Source of the DNA: Candidatus Micrarchaeaceae archaeon | Lineage (GTDB): Archaea > Micrarchaeota > Micrarchaeia > Micrarchaeales > CABMGC01 | Direction of reading: 5' to 3' | DNA length: 20,751 nucleotides | Assembly: GCA_038873795.1 (NCBI GenBank) | Contig: JAVZDR010000007.1 | Location: 1-20,751, forward strand | Program-made: the position numbers and the translations under genes | Shown here: positions 13,752 through 20,751 of the stretch, piece by piece | How the letters are laid out: each line of letters opens with the position of its first letter | Position numbering within the stretch: the first letter of the stretch is position 1 | Notes under the pieces: model-generated | The model's input: only the letters and a program-made list of their open reading frames with translations | Database searches by the model: none | What the model was told of the DNA's origin: nothing

Positions 13752-16700
13752 TTACTCCTCTCCGCTTATTTTCTCTATAGCCACCCTGAACTTTATCCCC
13801 TCTATTTCAAATTCGCTGACGGCAATTCCTTCTGGCAGGGTGTTCCTTACCTGCTTGGCATTGAGATCAGATTTGATGGCAGCCGCATTTCTGTTTATTA
13901 TCTCTGCGGCCTCTTTGGCTGCATAATAATATAGTATTATCTTGTCTGGCTTGCTCAGCATGCCCTTCTTCCTGAGGAGCTGCACATGCCTCTCGAATTC
14001 CCTCACAAAAGCCTGCTCCTTCAGCTCTGCCGGTATCTCTGTATCGACATATGCCAAGCCATACTTGAATTCCACCGCATCTGCCTTCTCGGCCTTTGTG
14101 ACAATCGTGAAGTGGTCTTGCCTTATTGTAAACTCGCCATTCTCTGTGTGAAGTATGTAGTAGCCATCCTTAGCCACCGCCTTCTGCAGCTCATCGGCAT
14201 CCACAGATTTGAGTGCCTCAGCAACGACGCCTGAGTCTGCCTTGAAATCTGGGCCTATCCTAGCGAAGACTGGCTTCACCTCCTTCACAAGGCCGTGCAC
14301 CTCCTTGACAGCCAGGCTCATGACGTTTGCATAGCTCTCGATAAGCTCAGCATTCTTCATGAGCACGCTTGATGCATAGCTCTCCTTGACCTCTATTGTT
14401 GCACTCTTCAGGGGCTGCCTGAGCTTTATCCCAGCCTTCTCCCTGCTGCTAAGCAATGCTGTGATCGAAGCCTTCACAACATCGAAAGCTTCTTCTGTTT
14501 CCTTGCTTATAAGCCTCTCCTTGTAGCGCGGCCAGTCGTTGAGGAAGATGCTCTCTTTGGCTGCATACCTTTTTAGATACGCATACTCTGTGGCAAATGG
14601 GATTATAGGCGAGAAGAGGATTAGCAGATTGCTGAATACATAGTCTATTATGCGCAACTCGCGCCTCGCTGCGGCCTTGCCCCTTTTCATCTTCTCCTTT
14701 GCTATTTTCAGATAAAACCTGCTCAGGTCTTCTACAACGAAGTTGGTGAGAATGTTTGCGGCATTGAACATCCTGTATGTATCAAAGCTTTCAGTGACTT
14801 CCTTGGCAACCGAGTTGAGCCTTGAGATTATCCATACATCTTCATTGTCGAGTCTGCCCATTGGAGGGGCGGTTGTTTTTATGTTTGTGTATGAGAATGC
14901 TTTTGAATATTCTTCAAGGAGGTTTGAGATGTTGTATATGATCTCTATTGTGCGCTTTGCATTTTCAAGCCCAGCCTTGCTGAACGTTAGATCAAGCCAG
15001 TGGAGATGGCTGATTGTCCAGAGCCTGAATGCATCCGCTGATGTCATCTTAAGCAGTTCTTCCACAGAGATGTAGTTGCCTAGACTCTTGTGCATCTCCC
15101 TGCCATCCTCTGCCAGGAACATCCCATCCACTATTACGTTCTTGAACGGGCTCTTGCCATAGATTAGCGTGCCTATCTTGAGCTGCGCTGAGAACCATCC
15201 CCTTAACTGGTCCAAGCCCTCGAGGATGAAGTCCACAGGGAAGAGCTTCTCGAACATCTCATCGCTGAGGGAAGCCCTGAATGCAATGCTTGAATCGAAC
15301 CATACGTCAAATATATCCGGAATGCGGTGCATCTCTGAGCCGCACCTCTCGCACCTCAGCTTCACGGCATCTATGTATGGCCTATGGAAATCCTTCATCG
15401 AATCGACTAAGCCTGGATCGAGCGCCTTGCTTTTGAGCTCGCTGAATGATCCTATCACTGTGGTGTTGCCACAACCTCCGCATCTCCATATGGGCAACGG
15501 AATGCCCCAGTATCTCTGCCTGGATATGACCCAATCTGGCGAGCTTCGCAGCACATCCTCCTGCCATTTCATAGCTTCGCTCGGATGCCACGAGACCCTG
15601 CTGCTTGCTCTTATTATCTTTTCCTTTATCCTTTGTATGTTTATGAACCACTGCTCAGTTGAGATGTAGACAAGCTTGCTGCCGCACCTCCAGCAATGCG
15701 GGTAACTGTGGCTCACTTCGCCGTTGCTCAGGAGTGCGCCGAGCTTCTCCAAATCCTCCAGGACCTTTTTGTTGGCCTCGTCAGGTATGCGCAGGCCTTT
15801 GTATGCGCCGGCCTCGTCTGTGTACATCGCCTTTTTGTCGACAGGCGAGAAGATAGGTATCTTGTTTTTCTTCCCCTCCAAATAGTCTTCGGCGCCGTGC
15901 CCTGGCGCGAGATGCACAAAACCAGTGCCCTCGTTGACATTTACAAGAGCTTCTGACATGATTACTTTATGATATTTAGAGAACTTCTTCTGCATTGGCA
16001 CTATTGATTCGAGGGGATTTATGTAGTGCAAGCCCTCGAGCTCACTGCCATAGAACTCTTCTTCCACAACCGCGCTCTCGTTGAGCGCGCTTACTAGCAT
16101 ATCGAGCCTTTCCTTTGCAAGGATTAGAAGCATGCCTCCAAGCCTTGCCTTTACATACAGCGCCTTTGGGTTTGCCGCAACAGCCATGTTTGCTGGCAAT
16201 GTCCATGGCGTTGTCGTCCATATCACAAGATGCTCCTCGCCGCTCAACTTTATCCTTGACTTGCTCTTTGGGTCCACTTTAAATGCCACAAATATTGACG
16301 GATCTGTCTCATCGCCATAAACCACCTCCATAGTCCCCTGGGCCAGAGTCGTTTCACACTTGGGGCAGTATAGGGTGGGCTTTATCGCCTTGTATAGGTA
16401 GCCTTTGTCGCTCACATTTTTAAGGATGCCCCATGCGGTCTCCATGTAGCTATTTTCCAAAGGCAGATATGGGTTTGAGAAATCAAGCGAGACGCCGAAC
16501 CTCCTGTAGTCTGAATCCATCCTGCCTATATATGATCTAACAAAAGATTTACAACTCTCAACGAACTTCTCCAAGCCTATGCTGCTCTCTATCTCCTGCT
16601 TTGACTTTACGCCTAGCTGAAGCTCCACCTTGTGCTCTATTGGAAGGCCATGCACGTCATAGCCAGCCCTGTCATATAGGTCGAAGCCGCGGTACCTCTT

Positions 16701-16892
16701 ATACCTTATATATGCATCCTTTGATGCCTTGACCCAAAGCTGGCCCGGATGAAGGTCGCCGCTCACATATGGGGGGCCGTCAAGAAAGTAGAATGGCCTG
16801 CCATTCCTGTTCTTCTCCCTGACCTTCCTGATTATTTCATGCTTTTCCCAGTATGATTGGATCTCTTCCTCTATCTTGTTAGCATCAAACAT
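13752..16892 (-). CDS. ileS: Isoleucyl-tRNA synthetase (archaeal/type 2)
   Basis: FLDGPPY, GYDVHGLPIE, WTTTPWTLPAN, GTGFVHLAPGHGAEDY, YPHCWRC, DWVISRQRYWGIPLP, DVWFDS, DQLRGWF, EMHKSLGN. ATG 16892 has GTGAG upstream and TATATAAA at 16940-16933. Confidence 0.98.
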   Translation of the reverse strand: MFDANKIEEEIQSYWEKHEIIRKVREKNRNGRPFYFLDGPPYVSGDLHPGQLWVKASKDAYIRYKRYRGFDLYDRAGYDVHGLPIEHKVELQLGVKSKQEIESSIGLEKFVESCKSFVRSYIGRMDSDYRRFGVSLDFSNPYLPLENSYMETAWGILKNVSDKGYLYKAIKPTLYCPKCETTLAQGTMEVVYGDETDPSIFVAFKVDPKSKSRIKLSGEEHLVIWTTTPWTLPANMAVAANPKALYVKARLGGMLLILAKERLDMLVSALNESAVVEEEFYGSELEGLHYINPLESIVPMQKKFSKYHKVIMSEALVNVNEGTGFVHLAPGHGAEDYLEGKKNKIPIFSPVDKKAMYTDEAGAYKGLRIPDEANKKVLEDLEKLGALLSNGEVSHSYPHCWRCGSKLVYISTEQWFINIQRIKEKIIRASSRVSWHPSEAMKWQEDVLRSSPDWVISRQRYWGIPLPIWRCGGCGNTTVIGSFSELKSKALDPGLVDSMKDFHRPYIDAVKLRCERCGSEMHRIPDIFDVWFDSSIAFRASLSDEMFEKLFPVDFILEGLDQLRGWFSAQLKIGTLIYGKSPFKNVIVDGMFLAEDGREMHKSLGNYISVEELLKMTSADAFRLWTISHLHWLDLTFSKAGLENAKRTIEIIYNISNLLEEYSKAFSYTNIKTTAPPMGRLDNEDVWIISRLNSVAKEVTESFDTYRMFNAANILTNFVVEDLSRFYLKIAKEKMKRGKAAARRELRIIDYVFSNLLILFSPIIPFATEYAYLKRYAAKESIFLNDWPRYKERLISKETEEAFDVVKASITALLSSREKAGIKLRQPLKSATIEVKESYASSVLMKNAELIESYANVMSLAVKEVHGLVKEVKPVFARIGPDFKADSGVVAEALKSVDADELQKAVAKDGYYILHTENGEFTIRQDHFTIVTKAEKADAVEFKYGLAYVDTEIPAELKEQAFVREFERHVQLLRKKGMLSKPDKIILYYYAAKEAAEIINRNAAAIKSDLNAKQVRNTLPEGIAVSEFEIEGIKFRVAIEKISGEE

Positions 16893-17028
16893 CGTCTCAC
16901 ATAGCAGATACTCTGAAATATCGCAGTTATGCTTTATATATTTTGCATGCAAGGAGTTTTGACAAGAGTTGCAGTGCAATAAAAGACGTTGCTTATAAAA
17001 GGCTTTTAATAATTAATTCATTGGTTGC

Positions 17029-17670
17029 ATGAGAAGTGCTGATGCCGTAACAATAGGCAGGATACCCATAATGTTCCTACTAGTATACATGATAATATTC
17101 AAATTCAATGCATTTGTCGACATAATCATAATAGCGCTGATATTCCTTATGGATGCTCTCGACGGCTACTTTGCAGTGAGGGAGGCAAGCGGCAATTCGG
17201 TGAGCTTTTCAGAATATGTGATGGCATCCCTGGGAAAGAGCTCGGCCAAGGCGCGCATTAAAAAAATCAAGGAGAGCGTCTCAAAGATAGCACCGTATGG
17301 GCCTAGGCTTGACATTGCTGGCGACAGGATAATTGAGTATTCATTCTGGATCCTCTTCACCTACCTTTCGATTGTGCCGCTTTACATACTTCTGCTTATC
17401 GTGATAAGGCACTCTCTTGCAGATGCGCTAATGGGCGCCAGGGGCACCTCTTCTAAGCTCAAGACAAAGTTTGCCAGGGTGATATACTCCTCTGCGCTGT
17501 TTAGGGGCGGTATAAATGTTGCAAAGTTCGTAACATTCTCTTATTTGGTTCTTGTTTATCTGCTGGCATATCCCATTTGGATAGGCTATCTGCTCATAGG
17601 CATACTCTTCACCTACATAATGGTAAGGGGCGCCGCTGAGATATATGAAGGAATAAAGGAAAAATATTAA
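17029..17670 (+). CDS. CDP-alcohol phosphatidyltransferase family protein
   Basis: ADAVTIGR (cf. NxxTxxR), DALDGYFA and GPRLDIAGDR halves of the signature; several hydrophobic helices. Confidence 0.85.
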   Translation: MRSADAVTIGRIPIMFLLVYMIIFKFNAFVDIIIIALIFLMDALDGYFAVREASGNSVSFSEYVMASLGKSSAKARIKKIKESVSKIAPYGPRLDIAGDRIIEYSFWILFTYLSIVPLYILLLIVIRHSLADALMGARGTSSKLKTKFARVIYSSALFRGGINVAKFVTFSYLVLVYLLAYPIWIGYLLIGILFTYIMVRGAAEIYEGIKEKY

Positions 17671-17741
17671 GAGATGCAGAAGATACAGAAAATTATTTAT
17701 TGTGATTTATACCATATACCATATAATATTTCGTGTTTTCC

Positions 17742-18713
17742 ATGAAAGTGCCTGATTTGGCTTGGACTGAGAAATATAGGCCCACTAAACTCAGCGAGGT
17801 AATAGGGCAGAGCGCGATAGTTGACAGGCTAAAGGCGTTTGTCAAGTCGGGAAATTTTCCAAGCATGATCTTTGCCGGCCCTGCTGGGATAGGCAAGACA
17901 AGCTGCGCAATAGCCATGGCAAACGAGCTTTACGGCGAGAATATAAAGGAGTCATTCCTCGAGCTCAATGCCAGCGATTCAAGGGGCATCGACGTCATAA
18001 GGGGCAAGGTCAAGGAGTTTGCGCGTACATTGCCTCTCTCAAGCAGAGAGGTGAAGATAATCTTCCTCGATGAGGCCGATGCGCTCACGCCTGAGGCTCA
18101 GCATGCCCTGAGGAGGACAATGGAAAAGTATAGCGCGGTGACAAGATTTATACTCAGCGCAAACTATGCCAGCAAGATAATAGAGCCCATCCAAAGCAGG
18201 TGCGTCGTACTGAGGTTCAAGCCGCTCAATGAAGAGGAGATGAAGAAGTACATAAAGAGGATAGCCGAAGGCGAGAAGTTGAAGATAAATGAGAAAGCGA
18301 TTGATGCGCTGATTTATGTCGGAGAGGGCGACTTGAGGAAGATAACGAATGTGCTGCAGAGCGCGGCCGTTCTTGGCGTTGAGATAGACGAAAAAAACAT
18401 TTATGATATAGCAGCAAGGGCCAGGCCTAAGGAAGTCGTGTCTATGCTTAGGTATGCGATAAGGGGCGACTTCGCAAAGGCTAGGGAGGACCTCAACACT
18501 CTTTTGGTTTCATACGGGATGAGTGGCGAGGATGTCCTGATGCAGTGCTACAGGGAGGCTTTGAACATAGACGTACCTGAGACGGCTAGGCTTGAGATGA
18601 TAAAGAGCATAGGCGACTACAATTTTAGGATTGTTGAGGGGGCCAACGACAGGATCCAGCTCGAGGCAATGCTTGCAAGGCTAGCCCTTCTTGGGAGAAA
18701 GATGCAGGCATAG
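17742..18713 (+). CDS. rfcS: Replication factor C small subunit
   Basis: WTEKYRP, GPAGIGKT, LELNASDSRGIDVIR, LDEADAL, AQHALRRTMEKY, IQSRC, GDLRK. No intein. ATG 17742; alternative GTG 17733. Confidence 0.97.
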   Translation: MKVPDLAWTEKYRPTKLSEVIGQSAIVDRLKAFVKSGNFPSMIFAGPAGIGKTSCAIAMANELYGENIKESFLELNASDSRGIDVIRGKVKEFARTLPLSSREVKIIFLDEADALTPEAQHALRRTMEKYSAVTRFILSANYASKIIEPIQSRCVVLRFKPLNEEEMKKYIKRIAEGEKLKINEKAIDALIYVGEGDLRKITNVLQSAAVLGVEIDEKNIYDIAARARPKEVVSMLRYAIRGDFAKAREDLNTLLVSYGMSGEDVLMQCYREALNIDVPETARLEMIKSIGDYNFRIVEGANDRIQLEAMLARLALLGRKMQA

Positions 18714-18777
18714 GACCTGCATTGCCCAGTATGTGCGGTTTCGCAACATATATCTATTTGTTTGCAGCTATCCTATC

Positions 18778-19830
18778 ATGAGGTTTTACACTCTTTTGCC
18801 CCTGCACGGCGGCAAGGCGCCAAGATGGCTTTTTAGCAGGATGGTAAAGCTTGGAGGCGAGATAGCAACGATAATAATGGATGAATTTGGGCCTGACGAA
18901 TTCCTTAGAAGAATAAGCGACCCGATGTGGTTCCAGGCGCTCTCCTGCGCAATGGGCTATGACTGGCATAGCAGCGGCACGACCACTGTAACAATGGGCG
19001 CGCTCAAAGAGGCTTTGAACGAGAGCGGCGATGTATATATAGCCGGCGGCAAGGGCAAGCAGGGCGTCAACACGCCAGCGGAGATAGAAAAAGGGACGGA
19101 CCTTCTCAACATCCCAAGCGAATCGGCCAATTTTATAGAGCATAGCAGACTCGCAGCGAAGATAGATTCAGCAATGGTCTATGATAGGTTGGCAATATAC
19201 CACCACACGTTTGTTTTCAGCAGGCACAGGAAGTGGGCGGTGGTGCAGCAGGCAATGGAATGCGGCACAGGCTATGCTGTAAGATTCCAATGGCTTAGCG
19301 AAAATGTCGAGGAAAGGGATATAGCCAACGAGCCGCACACTGGCATACAAACAACTCTTAGGAAGGAGAGCATGGATCTTACTTCTGCGGATAATGCGGG
19401 TGTGAGGAGGCACATGGTGGATGCAATTGAGTATGCAAACAATCCAATAAGGCTCTTGCCATCAAGGCACAGGATAATACCGCAGATAGACATGAGCAGG
19501 CGAGCTATGCAAATTATCCAGAAGCTCAACGAGATAAACATAAATGACTACAAAGAACTGCTTCTGATAAATGGGGTGGGCAGGTCTACGATAAGGGCTC
19601 TGGCATTTATATCTTCGCTAGTCTACAACGAAAAACTAGCCTATAGGGACCCGGCAATGTATGCATACAACCTCGGCGGGAAGGATGGCATACCATTCAG
19701 GGTCAACAGGGCCGCTTATGACAGCGCCATAGAAAGCCTGAAGAAGATAATAGATGAAGCGCATCTTGGCAATTATGAGAAGCTCAGCGCATTCAGGAGG
19801 CTCGATAGGCTTACAGAAACTGCGCATTGA
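18778..19830 (+). CDS. DUF763 family protein
   Basis: LPLHGGKAPRWLF, SDPMWFQAL, DWHSSGTTT, GGKG, YHH, WAVVQQ, HhH-like LLINGVGRSTIRAL, GGKDGIPF. The start is ATG 18778; the ORF-track extension overlaps rfcS. Confidence 0.92.
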   Translation: MRFYTLLPLHGGKAPRWLFSRMVKLGGEIATIIMDEFGPDEFLRRISDPMWFQALSCAMGYDWHSSGTTTVTMGALKEALNESGDVYIAGGKGKQGVNTPAEIEKGTDLLNIPSESANFIEHSRLAAKIDSAMVYDRLAIYHHTFVFSRHRKWAVVQQAMECGTGYAVRFQWLSENVEERDIANEPHTGIQTTLRKESMDLTSADNAGVRRHMVDAIEYANNPIRLLPSRHRIIPQIDMSRRAMQIIQKLNEININDYKELLLINGVGRSTIRALAFISSLVYNEKLAYRDPAMYAYNLGGKDGIPFRVNRAAYDSAIESLKKIIDEAHLGNYEKLSAFRRLDRLTETAH

Positions 19831-19832
19831 TG

Positions 19833-20399
19833 CTATGGTTTTCTTGCAAAGGTCAGATATGCGGTGTGCCATATTCCCTTTGTAGACGGCCTTGTCCCCT
19901 CTTCCCTGCTCAGTATCTCCCTCACTATTACCTCAACAGTATAGATCTCGTCAAGCTTCAGCAGCCTGCACTTTTTTACGAATGCACTTACCTGCTCGGT
20001 ATGCGGCAGATAGCCCACAACATAGCCGCCATGCCTAAGCGCCTTCTTCGCATTTGCAAGCGCCTTTTCGGCATTTGGCAGATCAAGGGTTACAAGGTCG
20101 ACATTCCTTTCGTCTATCTTTTTAAAAACGTCGCCATGCTTGAGCACAAGGTTGTCAATGTTAAGTGCAGCAGCATTCCTTGCTGCTATTTTGAGGAAAT
20201 CATAGCGCGTGTCGTAGCTGTAGACGCTCTTGCAGATCCTTGCAAGGGCTATTGCAAGCCAGCCGCTGCCTGTGCCCGCATCGACGCATATGCTATCTTT
20301 GCAAAGAGAGGTATATGCGATTATTATACCTATATCTTTTGGAAGTATGACCTGTGGGCCTCTTGCTAGCTTCCTATAGATTTCCGGATAAATGTACAT
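19833..20399 (-). CDS. trmI: tRNA (adenine-57/58-N1)-methyltransferase, short form
   Basis: RGPQVILPKDIGII, DAGTGSG, LDLP, YLP, RPSTKGIWHTAYLTFARK. The start is coupled to the upstream stop (TAATG). Confidence 0.9.
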   Translation of the reverse strand: MYIYPEIYRKLARGPQVILPKDIGIIIAYTSLCKDSICVDAGTGSGWLAIALARICKSVYSYDTRYDFLKIAARNAAALNIDNLVLKHGDVFKKIDERNVDLVTLDLPNAEKALANAKKALRHGGYVVGYLPHTEQVSAFVKKCRLLKLDEIYTVEVIVREILSREEGTRPSTKGIWHTAYLTFARKP

Positions 20400-20751
20400 T
20401 ACTCCACCATCTTCTTAAACTGCAGCGCATTTTCATACATGTATGTGTTGTTGAACATTATATATGCTTTGCCTAGCCCCTCCATTTCCTTCTTAAGCTT
20501 CTTTAGATCAGCATTTGTAAATCTGTAGCTGTAGACCATTCTCCTGCCGAATCCATGAAGCCTATAGTAGTAGAATCGCTGGTTTATCTTTGGCTTTGCC
20601 CTGAGAGGATCCGTGCATAGTATCACGCCCTCTTTTTCGCAGAAATCCACAAGCGCATCTTTGCCTTCAGCAAGCCACGTACCGCGGGGCTCCCAGATCA
20701 CCGCATATTTGGATGGTATCATGCCGAAAAATTTCCCGGCAGCACTGAGGT
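20399..20751 (-). CDS. DUF72 (YecE/UPF0759) family protein, C-terminal part (5' end outside the window)
   Basis: WEPRG, DPL, YYRLHG, YSYRFTNADL, YIMFNN...ENA. The frame stays open past 20722 to the window edge (LSAAGKFFG). Confidence 0.9.
   Translation of the reverse strand, partial: LSAAGKFFGMIPSKYAVIWEPRGTWLAEGKDALVDFCEKEGVILCTDPLRAKPKINQRFYYYRLHGFGRRMVYSYRFTNADLKKLKKEMEGLGKAYIMFNNTYMYENALQFKKMVE

Noticed and set aside
16893..16979. CxxC-containing N-terminal extension of IleRS
   Set aside because: It spans the TATA box and leader; ATG 16892 has an SD-like GTGAG and gives a normal N-terminus.
17708..17725. TATACCA tandem repeat upstream of rfcS
   Set aside because: It is short and AT-rich within a promoter region, so it cannot be distinguished from chance.
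17742..18713. Inteins in rfcS (also checked for infB and ileS)
   Set aside because: Lengths are normal and motifs are contiguous, with no intein splice-junction signatures.

Overview
Compact archaeal chromosomal window, mostly translation and tRNA housekeeping genes with very short or overlapping gene junctions. Archaeal origin is shown by GatD/GatE, an aIF5B-type IF2, RFC small subunit, an intron-containing tRNA without encoded CCA, and TATA-box promoters. A DPANN lineage such as Micrarchaeota is my inference from gene style (insertion-type NDK, shortened TrmI, Cys-capped beta-helix surface protein) and is not verified. Gene order: 3' end of a HemK2/Mtq2-like methyltransferase; tRNA-Thr(CGU) with a 35-nt intron (-); ~1000-aa membrane-anchored four-module beta-helix protein; SufT/DUF59; ndk (-); aIF5B; ArsR-HTH/TM/DUF4382/Cys-rich fusion; a minus-strand run mtaB-gatD-membrane protein-gatE-AIM24; a 64-aa 8-Cys zinc finger; ileS (-); CDP-alcohol phosphatidyltransferase; rfcS; DUF763; trmI (-); partial DUF72 (-). 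No CRISPR, rRNA or mobile element was seen. The best candidate for an undescribed system is the membrane-spanning one-component regulator (cytoplasmic HTH, extracellular DUF4382 and disulfide domains) with direct repeats over its own promoter. Next are a stand-alone zinc finger with FYVE-like Cys spacing and the tRNA-Thr with an anticodon-mismatched intron and C55. All calls come from motif recognition by eye; no searches were run.
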